A stretch of DNA of 64,000 bases from a virus. Location of the stretch: positions 64,001-128,000 of the IMG/VR virus record IMGVR_UViG_3300030106_005509; one strand, 5' to 3'. Made by a program: the position numbers and the translations under genes. A model generated the notes under the pieces. That model saw only the letters and a program-made list of their open reading frames with translations. It was not told the DNA's origin and searched no databases. Position 1 is the stretch's first letter, and each line of letters begins with the position of its first letter. This document shows, one piece after another, positions 48,104 to 56,884 of the stretch.

Positions 48104-48402
48104 TGTTTTTTCTTTCTTAGATGAATTTCCATAATGTCATCTTCGTTCATCGACATTTCGTGAATATAATCTCGCTCTTTTATTGGCGAGTAGGCATATT
48201 TACCTGTGAGTTCGTGAACCCAGCTCTCGCCCCTAGTTTCTTGTGGGGCGCATTTTTTATTTACACAGTGAACTTTTACAAGATGAACATCGTCTGTGTC
48301 TGATGTTTTGAGAAAATTCATTAGTGGTCTGTCGCAGTCAGCGCATTTTACAACGATAAATTCAGCTTTTGACTGCTTTACATACTCTTTGAATTCTCTC
48401 AT
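48100..48402 (-). CDS. Hypothetical zinc-binding protein
   Basis: CADC...CVNKKC. Confidence 0.55.
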   Translation of the reverse strand: MREFKEYVKQSKAEFIVVKCADCDRPLMNFLKTSDTDDVHLVKVHCVNKKCAPQETRGESWVHELTGKYAYSPIKERDYIHEMSMNEDDIMEIHLRKKKQ

Positions 48403-48752
48403 TTTTTACCGTCTCTTATGTATTTAGCTTTTTGCTTTTTGGTCATTTTATTTATGTCAGACTTACTGGCATCTCCAGACTTTTCCCACCAGTCCTTCTT
48501 CTTTTCCTTCTTCTCGGCATTGTGATAACCCCGTTTGTCATCTAGCTCGTAGCGTCCCATCTTTTTCGTATTTTTTTCGGCAAGCTGTCCAAGAGTTTGA
48601 GCTTCACCCTTTACAAAACCAATAGGAGCCTGATTGATTACTATCTTGATATTAGAACTTCCGCACTCGCAGGGTTCTGGAGCTTCTCCAAATTTATGAA
48701 ACTGCTCAAACTCGCAGCCGCAGTCATTGCATAGATAATCGTATGTGGGCAT
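48399..48752 (-). CDS. FmdB-family zinc-ribbon protein
   Basis: MPTYDYLCNDCG..FE...CECGS. Confidence 0.8.
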   Translation of the reverse strand: MPTYDYLCNDCGCEFEQFHKFGEAPEPCECGSSNIKIVINQAPIGFVKGEAQTLGQLAEKNTKKMGRYELDDKRGYHNAEKKEKKKDWWEKSGDASKSDINKMTKKQKAKYIRDGKK

Positions 48753-48753
48753 T

Positions 48754-49422
48754 TTAATCGTAAAGCGCGTTAAGGATTCTTGAAATTATTTCATTTCTAA
48801 TAATGTCGTCTTGCGTAAGTTCTGATATACCAACACCCTCCACATCAGATAGACGATCTAAAAACTCTTCTAAGCCTCCCTGATCTTTCTTTAGAAGGTC
48901 GGTTTGATCTATGTCTCCATTGATAACGGCTTTAGAGTCCCAACCTATTCTAGTAACAAACATCTTAAGCTGCTCAAAGGTTGCGTTTTGTGCCTCATCT
49001 AAAACCACAAAACAGTTATGAAAGTTTCTTCCTCTCATATATTCTAAAGGTACAACTTCGATCTTACCTTCATCTCGGTAGGCTTGAACCCTGTTTGTGT
49101 TTAATCTAAACTCCATCTCTTCCAACACAGGAATTAGATATGGGTGTATCTTCTCTTCAAAGGTTCCCGGTAAGAAGCCCAGACCTCTTCCAGACTCGAT
49201 AACAGGTCTAGTGACTACTAACTTTTCTACCCTTTTGTCTAAGAGATAGTCACAGGCTATTCCGACAGCAACTGCTGTTTTGCCAGTTCCTGCTGGGCCT
49301 GTACAAAAAGTTACATCATTTTTTTCTATAGTCTTGATGTATTCTTCTTGGTTTTTAGTTTTTGGTTTCAGTACTTTTCTTCTAGCTGTACGACCTGCTT
49401 CGGCCTTTTTTCTTCTTGCCAT
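48754..49422 (-). CDS. phoH: PhoH-family ATPase
   Basis: GPAGTGKT, TRP, LGFLPG, YMRGR, DEAQN, GD..QTDL. Confidence 0.93.
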   Translation of the reverse strand: MARRKKAEAGRTARRKVLKPKTKNQEEYIKTIEKNDVTFCTGPAGTGKTAVAVGIACDYLLDKRVEKLVVTRPVIESGRGLGFLPGTFEEKIHPYLIPVLEEMEFRLNTNRVQAYRDEGKIEVVPLEYMRGRNFHNCFVVLDEAQNATFEQLKMFVTRIGWDSKAVINGDIDQTDLLKKDQGGLEEFLDRLSDVEGVGISELTQDDIIRNEIISRILNALYD

Positions 49423-49424
49423 AT

Positions 49425-49859
49425 TTATTTGCCTGTAGAGCCAAACCCTCCATCACCTCTTTGGGTGGAATCTAATTCTTTTACAACATGTTGTATAAAG
49501 GTTGGGACTTCTTGTATTAAGAGTTGGGCTATTCTATCCCCCTTCTCTATATGATACGTCTCTTGAGTGGTATTATGCAAACAAACTTTTACTTCACCCC
49601 TATACTCAGAGTCTATGACACCAGCATGTCTATGAACACCCTTTACACCCATGGAGGATCTATCCCATATTAATCCAGCATAACCTTTTGGTATTGCAAC
49701 GGCTATGCCCGTGGAAACTAATACAGTTGCATCTGAGGGGATGCTTACAGTTTCAAAAGAATACAAATCCCAACCTGCGTCGTTTAGATGACCCTTAGTT
49801 GGGACTTGGGATGATTCGTGTAGCTGTTTGACTTCAAAAAAGTTGTAATCGTAATTCAC
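49425..49859 (-). CDS. dut: Trimeric dUTPase
   Basis: AGWDL, RSSM, GVIDSEYRGE, RIAQ, RG.GGFGSTG. GTG start at 49859. Confidence 0.93.
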   Translation of the reverse strand: MNYDYNFFEVKQLHESSQVPTKGHLNDAGWDLYSFETVSIPSDATVLVSTGIAVAIPKGYAGLIWDRSSMGVKGVHRHAGVIDSEYRGEVKVCLHNTTQETYHIEKGDRIAQLLIQEVPTFIQHVVKELDSTQRGDGGFGSTGK

Positions 49860-49999
49860 TTTTCTTCCTTCTTTTCGTATTCCCAAATCAAATTCGATAG
49901 AGTGCTTCTGGTAATTTTGTTACCAGTTTCTACTTCTTCGTTGAGTTTCTTAGCGATCCATCTGAGCATGTCATTGTCTATTGTGATACTTCTGAGCAT
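49856..49999 (-). CDS. 47-aa protein absent from the ORF track; ribbon-helix-helix-like
   Basis: MLRSITIDNDMLRWIAKKLNEEVETGNKITRSTLSNLIWEYEKKEEK. TAATG overlap with nrdJ and GTGA overlap with dut. Confidence 0.65.
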   Translation of the reverse strand: MLRSITIDNDMLRWIAKKLNEEVETGNKITRSTLSNLIWEYEKKEEK

Positions 50000-52200
50000 T
50001 AGATGATATCGCACTTTCCTCCGGCGCAAGCCCATTCCTGCTCGGGCTTAACATTGTTTTCTTCTTCTATGACTTCAGTATAGTCAACTTTTGAGAATTC
50101 TCTGTTAAGATCCACCCACTCTTTCCAGTTATAAACATCTTTCATGCAGTAGGTGAGTTTTCTAAGATCTCCTTCAAAGTATCTCTCAGCAAACTTTTTG
50201 CATCTATCAGACCATTCTTTTTTGCCATTGCCTTTTATCTTGGCTCCAACACCAAGAAGGGAATCGCAAGCTGCCCATAGATTGTCTTCCCATAAATTTA
50301 ACGCAACTTCTATAAGTCCGCTAACAAAGAGTGAGGCATCTCCATAGTGACGAACCTGTTCTGTTGGCAAGTAAATAGCAGTGAATGGGGCTTGCGGGTA
50401 GTCTTTGTCTCCTGTAATCGGAAGGAGAGATATTCCGCAAAAATACTTTCTATTTTTATAAATGAACCTTTCTACTTCTTGCCACTCTTCTGGTTTTACA
50501 TTGATCGTATTAGACACGTTATGTACAAGCCAAGGTTGAGTACATAGGCTCTTGTTAGTGCCGGGAATTACCCAGCTTTGCTGTGTGCTTTTTACATGTG
50601 TTAGTAAGTCTATAGCGCCAACTTGATTCTTAGTTTTAGATCCCGCAGGAACTTCTACACAAAAAGCTACCACATCATCGCTATCGTTATTCGACCACAC
50701 AGACTCTTCACATGCTCTTGGATTTATATCTCTGAAGTAGTTGTAAATGGGTTCCATTTTATTCGCCTGAACCCTTCGTATATAACGCTTAGCATGATGC
50801 GGATGGATACCAGAGGAAGTACCAAGAACACAACTGCTAGTACCTTCAGGCTTAATACAAGTAGTTCTAGCGGCTTGATTGATTCCAATGATCTTGGTGA
50901 TTCGTTTGTTTTCATCTTTGACTACCTTAGCTCCCTTCTTTTGTATGTCAGGGTTTAGGCATATTTCATGTTGTTCCATGATGCCTGTCATAGACACTCC
51001 GAGTAAAGCCTCTCGCGAAACAATGTTTTCACTAGCTTTACCTAAATATGGAAAGGATGCAAACCCAGCTTGAAGCGAACCTATGATCGAAGCTGCTTTA
51101 CAAGCTTCAAGAAAGTCTTCTTCGGATTTTATCTTTGCACAATTTATTGTACTTAGATTGCAAGCCTGCCAGCCGCTTTCGCCGGTTGTTTCATCTACAG
51201 GCCACATTCCAATCTCAACACATGGATTAACTATTAACTCGGTAGAGTCAGACCATACAAAACCGGGTTCTCCAAACTCTTGTACTGACTTCATAAGTTC
51301 TGAGAACTGCTCGGCTGTTGTTTCATCTCTCAACAATAAAGCTGAATTATTAGATCTTCCTCTTTGCGGATTTTCTACAAACCAAGAGCCAGTTTTAGCT
51401 TTTGCCATCTCTTCGTCATCTGGACTAAACAGACAGATGGTAGCACTTCTACGCACACCTCCTGAAATGACTGCATCAGCACTATGCATGACTATATCAT
51501 AAGCTTGAATTGGTGATAGTTTTCTAATAGGGCCGTTAGCAAACTCCAACTCTTTCAAAGCTTTATCTAGTATTTTTCTAATATTAGAGAGTGCGTTTTT
51601 CAGTGGTTCTGGGCCGGGAGCTTTGCCACCGCTAGAATTTAAAAATGCTCCAGCGGGTCTAATTTCAGAGTAGTCAAAGTTTACATTCTTACCAGTGTAC
51701 TCTGGAAATAGTTCATCCTGCTCAAAATAACTAGACACCAAAACACCGACAGCATCTGACCAGCCCTCAATAGTGTCAGGAATAACAAACTTTTTAGTAC
51801 CGCTCTTACTTTTTACTATCTTCGGTAGTTCGTCCACATGGTGTTTTTGTACAGAAAAACCTGTGCCGCAACCGCACAGTAAAAGATACATACATTCTTG
51901 AAAGAACTTCAGTCTGTCACAAAAAGAGGTGATGCAATTATAGATTCTTGCATTGTGTTTGAAGATTGGCTTACCGCCAAATTGTAAAGCTCTTTGAGAT
52001 CCGAGGACTTTTTTCTTCCTCATCATTTCATAAGCCCATTCTATGTCGTCAAGAACGTCTGGCTTGTCAGAATACTTTTCAAGCATCATGTTTTTAACAC
52101 GACTTACTGCTTCTTCCCAAGTCTCCCTTCTTTTTTTCTCTGGTATCCAACGGGCATATTTTGAAACAAAAGTATAGTCAGACAGTTCTCTTACTGACAT
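49999..52200 (-). CDS. nrdJ: Class II (adenosylcobalamin-dependent) ribonucleotide reductase
   Basis: RRETW.E, YNC, GCGTGF, GGVRRSA, NPCVEI, CNL, KPEGT, YPQAP, C-terminal CAGGKC; no beta-subunit gene nearby. Confidence 0.88.
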   Translation of the reverse strand: MSVRELSDYTFVSKYARWIPEKKRRETWEEAVSRVKNMMLEKYSDKPDVLDDIEWAYEMMRKKKVLGSQRALQFGGKPIFKHNARIYNCITSFCDRLKFFQECMYLLLCGCGTGFSVQKHHVDELPKIVKSKSGTKKFVIPDTIEGWSDAVGVLVSSYFEQDELFPEYTGKNVNFDYSEIRPAGAFLNSSGGKAPGPEPLKNALSNIRKILDKALKELEFANGPIRKLSPIQAYDIVMHSADAVISGGVRRSATICLFSPDDEEMAKAKTGSWFVENPQRGRSNNSALLLRDETTAEQFSELMKSVQEFGEPGFVWSDSTELIVNPCVEIGMWPVDETTGESGWQACNLSTINCAKIKSEEDFLEACKAASIIGSLQAGFASFPYLGKASENIVSREALLGVSMTGIMEQHEICLNPDIQKKGAKVVKDENKRITKIIGINQAARTTCIKPEGTSSCVLGTSSGIHPHHAKRYIRRVQANKMEPIYNYFRDINPRACEESVWSNNDSDDVVAFCVEVPAGSKTKNQVGAIDLLTHVKSTQQSWVIPGTNKSLCTQPWLVHNVSNTINVKPEEWQEVERFIYKNRKYFCGISLLPITGDKDYPQAPFTAIYLPTEQVRHYGDASLFVSGLIEVALNLWEDNLWAACDSLLGVGAKIKGNGKKEWSDRCKKFAERYFEGDLRKLTYCMKDVYNWKEWVDLNREFSKVDYTEVIEEENNVKPEQEWACAGGKCDII

Positions 52201-52350
52201 CGTTATCTCCTAAAAAAGTGACACTGGTAAACCTAAGTGGTTGGTGAAGGAAAAAAACAAGATTAAACTTAGCACTTAGGGCTAATTGCTTGTCGAGGAA
52301 GTGTCACTTTAGTCCAGTCTGTATGCTAACTCTTTAAACCCCGACAGAGT
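52201..52350 (-). ncRNA. Putative structured 5' leader RNA of nrdJ
   Basis: Nested perfect inverted repeats 52215-52225/52300-52310 (11 bp) and 52232-52239/52273-52280 (8 bp), ending beside the AGGAG RBS. Confidence 0.55.
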
Positions 52351-52362
52351 ATTATACACTAT
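52350..52362 (-). promoter_or_regulatory. Putative phage promoter ATAGTGTATAATA
   Basis: Intergenic; shares ATAGTGTATAAT with 63644-63655. Confidence 0.6.
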
Positions 52363-52407
52363 ATGTAAAAAGGTTGTTAGTTTTTAATTTATCTACTATT
52401 TGCTCGT

Positions 52408-52878
52408 TTAAGTAAGACCTAGTTCTATCCAGTCTAACCTCAAACCACTGTCAAACAATAGGTTTTGTATCATTTTGTCTTCTTCTGAATGGCCGAAAGC
52501 CTGTTGGCCTGATAATATTTTCCAGTGCCTTATATTATTTTGCCACAGAAGTTTCGCACATCTGCAACAAGGGACATGCGTAACGTAAGCCACAATATTT
52601 TTTTTGGGCTTTATTATCATATTGCTAATTGCGTTTTGTTCTGCGTGAACCATGTATGGGTATTTATCGGGTCTTGTTGTTGGAAGCTCGGAGTCGTCAA
52701 TGTCAGAACAAAATCCGTTATATCCAGCACTAATAACTCTCTTCTTGTGAACAAGGACGCATCCGACCTGAGTTTGAGAGTCAGGACTCCTAGTTCCTGT
52801 CAGTATGGCAAACTGCATGAAATACTCATCCCAGCTTGGGCGAGTTCTTTTCTGTTGAAGTTCTTTCTCTTCTTTCAC
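52408..52878 (-). CDS. dCMP deaminase
   Basis: RPSWDEYFM, GYNG, HAEQNA, PCCRC. Confidence 0.9.
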   Translation of the reverse strand: MKEEKELQQKRTRPSWDEYFMQFAILTGTRSPDSQTQVGCVLVHKKRVISAGYNGFCSDIDDSELPTTRPDKYPYMVHAEQNAISNMIIKPKKNIVAYVTHVPCCRCAKLLWQNNIRHWKILSGQQAFGHSEEDKMIQNLLFDSGLRLDWIELGLT

Positions 52879-53090
52879 GCTTCAGTTTTTTCTTTTGCTT
52901 TTTTGTCTTTTTTCTTATCGTCTTGCCCATTTAAATAATCTGGATGAATCCAAATCCAGCCTTTGTCGTGGGCGTAAGCTACCATTTTACGAGAACGCTG
53001 ATCCTCTGGCAATAACCACGCCCATAAACCATTGGGAGTTTTCAGCTTTTCTACATTATTTTCTGATGCTAGTTTGTCATTGAACTTCAT
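52875..53090 (-). CDS. Hypothetical protein
   Basis: 71 aa, 4-nt overlaps on both sides. Confidence 0.55.
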   Translation of the reverse strand: MKFNDKLASENNVEKLKTPNGLWAWLLPEDQRSRKMVAYAHDKGWIWIHPDYLNGQDDKKKDKKAKEKTEA

Positions 53091-54058
53091 CCTAAAACCT
53101 CCAGTCCGTGAATAGCATGTCGCATATCTTCCTCTAGTTGTATTTCTTTAATAAATTCACAAGTGTTTAAATCGTAAACCAGTATCCTCGCTGGTGAAGA
53201 ACCTATAAACACAAGATTGTCTTTGCGTGCTAGACCTCTATTCCAGTTGTTTACTGCTATGTCATCAACACAAAACTTAACATTCTTAGATGGCGGTATA
53301 GGAGCTATGTCAAAATGCACACCGCCAAGTTGTTTGGTTGCTATACCAAGACAGCTAAAGCTAGTAAGATTAGCCATGAATACATCTTCATACTCATAAA
53401 GATTATGTATGAAGCTGGCTGATTTAATTACGTTTACCCCAGCTGGAACAAGACTCGCTTCGGTAAGAGCGCCGCCAGATATGTACGGCATTGGTAACAC
53501 TGTAGACATGTCATTAAAATCATACAAACCAGTTAATAGGCCAGAGACCATAAGCTTTCCGTCGTGATGACAAATTGAGTTTATATGATAGTGATCGTCA
53601 TATGTTTTTTGTTCAGGTGTAATTCTTTGTTTTGAGTCTAGAACTTTATGATGTTCTTCATTGTGTCCATTGATTTGCCAAAATCCGGTCAGGTTATAGT
53701 TCATATCAAAACTAGCAATGGCATCATGAGCGGTGGAAGTAGCCCAGATCGAGTCAGAGAAAAAGCATATCTCATGAACAGACTTGAGGACATCTTGATT
53801 TTTATGGGTCTTTCTGACAGAGAAATCTTTTTTGTCTAATTCAATAAAACCGCTAGAGTCAGAAACAATAATACGATCATCGAGTACAGCAATGCCACGA
53901 AGACCTCTTTCTCCTCCACGTTCATTGTCATTAATAAAATCTTCTTGATAAGGTGCATAATGTACGACCTCTTCTGAGTCTATGTCTACAACATACAGAC
54001 CTCCATGTATGTCGCCTTGCTTAGCAGCTCTTACTACAGTTGTGCAGATTATTTTCAT
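53087..54058 (-). CDS. Beta-propeller protein (DUF4915-like)
   Basis: GLRGIA, VHEI, HINSI, WNRGLA...VFIGSS repeated blade motifs. Confidence 0.6.
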   Translation of the reverse strand: MKIICTTVVRAAKQGDIHGGLYVVDIDSEEVVHYAPYQEDFINDNERGGERGLRGIAVLDDRIIVSDSSGFIELDKKDFSVRKTHKNQDVLKSVHEICFFSDSIWATSTAHDAIASFDMNYNLTGFWQINGHNEEHHKVLDSKQRITPEQKTYDDHYHINSICHHDGKLMVSGLLTGLYDFNDMSTVLPMPYISGGALTEASLVPAGVNVIKSASFIHNLYEYEDVFMANLTSFSCLGIATKQLGGVHFDIAPIPPSKNVKFCVDDIAVNNWNRGLARKDNLVFIGSSPARILVYDLNTCEFIKEIQLEEDMRHAIHGLEVLG

Positions 54059-54907
54059 TTAACTAAAATGTGTTGTAAAGTTAGTATAGGGTTTTGATAC
54101 GTGTTTAAAATTGTACTTGTTATATTGTATTGTTAAGCCTTCTACATATCTATGGTTTATGCCTAAGTCTGTAGTGTCAAAGTTTGTTTTATCAGATATC
54201 TTGTCGCATGAGTTTGAGACAACGACACTGTACTCAGGACAGGACATGTGTAAAGGCATATCGTTTAACATGCCAGCGTAAAGGTTCGTTTGTAGAACTA
54301 ATTCAAAATCTTCTTCGTCTACAATTTTCGATCTAGATAGCGCCCCTTCAATGACATCCTTTTTATAGATATGACCATTAAGAGAAAACGGCATAGCAAA
54401 ATTAGTGAAGCTTCTCAATGACGAAGCGTTCCAAACAAGAAATCTATCAAGCTCGAAGCTACCCTCTGAAGGTTTGTCAATGTGGTAATTTCCGGGTTCG
54501 TAGGGGTTTTGCAATACGGTATTGTTTCCAAGTCTCAGAGATAAAGAACATAAATCATTCTCTTCAAAAAGTTTAGTTATTTTTTTATATGAAGAGACCC
54601 TGTCAAAAAGAATGTTATCATCTTTGAAAAGAGCTACTAAGCCGGTTGACTTCTTGGTTATTTTTAGGATGTCCTTGCTTAGGTTTTTCTTTTTTCTTTT
54701 CTTCCATATGATTGGAAACAAGTAACTTCTCTTTGTCTTACTGTGAAAATGCTCAATAGCCTTTCTGTAACCCTCTTGAAAGTAATCGCTGGAAGCTTTG
54801 TAAAGAACTGTTATTCTAAAAAGATTACCTCCGTTTAGATGTATGCTATCCAGTAATAGATGCAACTGAGCTGGCCTGTCATTTGAGACGATTATAGTTT
54901 CTATCAT
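54059..54907 (-). CDS. Glycosyltransferase-like (GT-A) protein
   Basis: S.DRPAQL.LLL.S, FKDD, SLRLG.N, PFSLNGHIY. Confidence 0.6.
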   Translation of the reverse strand: MIETIIVSNDRPAQLHLLLDSIHLNGGNLFRITVLYKASSDYFQEGYRKAIEHFHSKTKRSYLFPIIWKKRKKKNLSKDILKITKKSTGLVALFKDDNILFDRVSSYKKITKLFEENDLCSLSLRLGNNTVLQNPYEPGNYHIDKPSEGSFELDRFLVWNASSLRSFTNFAMPFSLNGHIYKKDVIEGALSRSKIVDEEDFELVLQTNLYAGMLNDMPLHMSCPEYSVVVSNSCDKISDKTNFDTTDLGINHRYVEGLTIQYNKYNFKHVSKPYTNFTTHFS

Positions 54908-55899
54908 CTTAAAGCTCTCAGGCTGGGAGGCAGCTCATCTGGAGCATATTGTGATGGGGACTGCATTGATTTGTAGAACCAGTCTAGCGTTTTGTCTATA
55001 CCGTCCTTTAGCTTGGTCTGTGGTTCAAATGATAAGAGCTGTCTAGCTCCAGTTATATCTAAGCATCTTCTTTCAACCCCTTTAGCTTTTGTTTCATTCC
55101 ACTCAATTTTTCCCATGTAATTAGCTGAGTCACAAACCGTACTTACAAGGTCTTTTATAGTGGTCTCTTCGCCGCTTCCGATATTTAATATGCTTGCATC
55201 GACATCGTTTTCTAACGCTAGGACAACAGCTTTAGCACAATCTTCTACGTATATGAAATCTCTAGTTGATTTAGAAGAGCCGTCAACATTGAAGTCTTTC
55301 AGGTCGTTTTCTAACGCAAACCTTACATTGGTGAGAAGGGCGGGTATGATTTTGCCCGCATGAGGATCGAACTCATCTTCTGGCCCATATATGTCAGAGA
55401 ATATTAGACTCAGCGTGTTCATGCCAAACTGTCTTTTATAGGCAACAAGCATGTCGGCTATCGTTTTTTTAGCTATAGAGTAATGTCCTTTTGAGAAATG
55501 GGGATAGCCTTCCCAGAAATCAGTTTCTCTAAACGGCATTGGACATCTAGCAGGGTAGCAGGAGATGTCACAAGCGTTGACTATTTTCTTAACGTCATAT
55601 TGTCTAGCTTCCTCAATTATCTTTATGCTCATGTTCAAATTTTCATACATGAGTCCGCCAGAATATCTGAAGTTAGCGCCCATACCTCCATGCCTACAGG
55701 CTAGATGAACGACATAATCTGGTTTTGTGTAGTCAAATAACCAACCAACATTGGCTTCTTCACCAAGGTCAAGCCCGTCAGTTACTCCAGACGCAGTAAA
55801 TACATTTGAGTAGTCCTGCCGTCTTAGTTCTCTCTCTACATAGCGACCTAGAAATCCTTTGCCGCCAGTTATTAGAATCCTGCTGTTTTTATTTATCAC
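54904..55899 (-). CDS. Second GDP-L-fucose synthase-like extended SDR
   Basis: TGGKGFLG, HLA..GG..AN, YSIAK, IYGP.D.F, TRDFIYVED. Confidence 0.85.
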   Translation of the reverse strand: MINKNSRILITGGKGFLGRYVERELRRQDYSNVFTASGVTDGLDLGEEANVGWLFDYTKPDYVVHLACRHGGMGANFRYSGGLMYENLNMSIKIIEEARQYDVKKIVNACDISCYPARCPMPFRETDFWEGYPHFSKGHYSIAKKTIADMLVAYKRQFGMNTLSLIFSDIYGPEDEFDPHAGKIIPALLTNVRFALENDLKDFNVDGSSKSTRDFIYVEDCAKAVVLALENDVDASILNIGSGEETTIKDLVSTVCDSANYMGKIEWNETKAKGVERRCLDITGARQLLSFEPQTKLKDGIDKTLDWFYKSMQSPSQYAPDELPPSLRALR

Positions 55900-55900
55900 T

Positions 55901-56200
55901 TTAGAGGTCTTCTAGAAATTTAACCAGATCTTCCGCAGGCATGTTGTTTTCTTTCTTAACAACATTATGATCTTCATCCATTATCACAACTGTTGGATAT
56001 CGTTCTATATCAAACTCTGTGACAAATTTTCTGTTCTGAGGCTTGTTGCAAACCACAAAAGCAGGCTTGCTCTTATGATATGGTTCTACAGCTTCAATTA
56101 CTTTTTCATCAGCCCAAGTATGTTTCTTCATGTGTTCACAGTGAGGACACCAATCTGTCATGAATACTACTACTTGATGTTTACTTTTTTTCTTGCCCAT
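55901..56200 (-). CDS. Thioredoxin-fold protein
   Basis: WCPHC, I..YPT. Confidence 0.85.
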   Translation of the reverse strand: MGKKKSKHQVVVFMTDWCPHCEHMKKHTWADEKVIEAVEPYHKSKPAFVVCNKPQNRKFVTEFDIERYPTVVIMDEDHNVVKKENNMPAEDLVKFLEDL

Positions 56201-56212
56201 CTTTTAAGTCCA

Positions 56213-56248
56213 AATAAAAAAGCCTTGCCCCCTTTCGGGGGCTTGGCT
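56213..56248 (-). terminator. Rho-independent terminator
   Basis: Minus strand AGCCAAGCCCCC-GAAA-GGGGGCAAGGC followed by TTTTTTATTT. Confidence 0.85.
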
Positions 56249-56256
56249 AGTCTAAG

Positions 56257-56442
56257 TTATTCTTTAGCTGCTGTGTCAGTAACACGCAAGGAATCACCAA
56301 GAATCCAAGCAACAGCAAGAGCAACGATTCTGTTTGTTGTGTCTGGGTCTAACCCAAGAGTTTCTTGAGCAGCTACTACAACAACACCACCGATGGCGGT
56401 CCAGAAACGTCTACTCTTTAAAAGAGCTTTAACTTTTTCCAT
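56257..56442 (-). CDS. Small membrane protein, holin-like
   Basis: LKSRRFW followed by two hydrophobic segments; AGGAG RBS. Confidence 0.6.
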   Translation of the reverse strand: MEKVKALLKSRRFWTAIGGVVVVAAQETLGLDPDTTNRIVALAVAWILGDSLRVTDTAAKE

Positions 56443-56457
56443 GACTATACTCCTAGT

Positions 56458-56721
56458 CTAAAAGAAAGATTTGACCTTATCAATTATACCACTGCCGCCG
56501 CCTAAACCGCCACTTGAAATAACAAAATAAGCAACTAAACCTATACCAATTAAGAATACCAACCATTTTCTTTTCTGTGCGACTGCAAGAGCCTTAGAGC
56601 TGACCTCTTTAATCTTCTGAAGTTTATAATTTCGCTTATCATCTTTCTTATCAGACCTAAGCTTATTCTTGAGTTCTCTCTTGTCATGCTTAGATAGATT
56701 CTTATTTTCTTCGCTAGCCAT
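56458..56721 (-). CDS. Small basic protein with one TM helix
   Basis: Lys-rich N-terminus, WLVFLIGIGLVAYFVI. Confidence 0.6.
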   Translation of the reverse strand: MASEENKNLSKHDKRELKNKLRSDKKDDKRNYKLQKIKEVSSKALAVAQKRKWLVFLIGIGLVAYFVISSGGLGGGSGIIDKVKSFF

Positions 56722-56884
56722 TTTTTACCTTACCTTTATAGATTAAAACAACTCCGTCCTTCTTATAAGGTCCGGTTCTTGAGTATAGAAATACTTCTCC
56801 AGTTTTTGGATTTTCATATTCATACTTTACAGTGCTTTTAGTTTCTAGCCGTAAAGCTTCTATATATTTATTATTTTTAAACAT
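56714..56884 (-). CDS. 56-aa protein absent from the ORF track
   Basis: MFKNNKYIEALRLETKSTVKYEYENPKTGEVFLYSRTGPYKKDGVVLIYKGKVKNG. TAATG overlap; N-terminus matches the upstream gene. Confidence 0.65.
   Translation of the reverse strand: MFKNNKYIEALRLETKSTVKYEYENPKTGEVFLYSRTGPYKKDGVVLIYKGKVKNG

Noticed and set aside
52201-52350. Canonical cobalamin riboswitch
   Set aside because: No GGGAA / GCCACUG / AGYCRGRAGAC core elements are visible, so it is reported as an unknown structured leader.
52356-52371. Possible NrdR box (ACACTATATGTAAAAA) upstream of nrdJ
   Set aside because: Only the left half matches, it coincides with the promoter motif, and no second box is found at the usual spacing.
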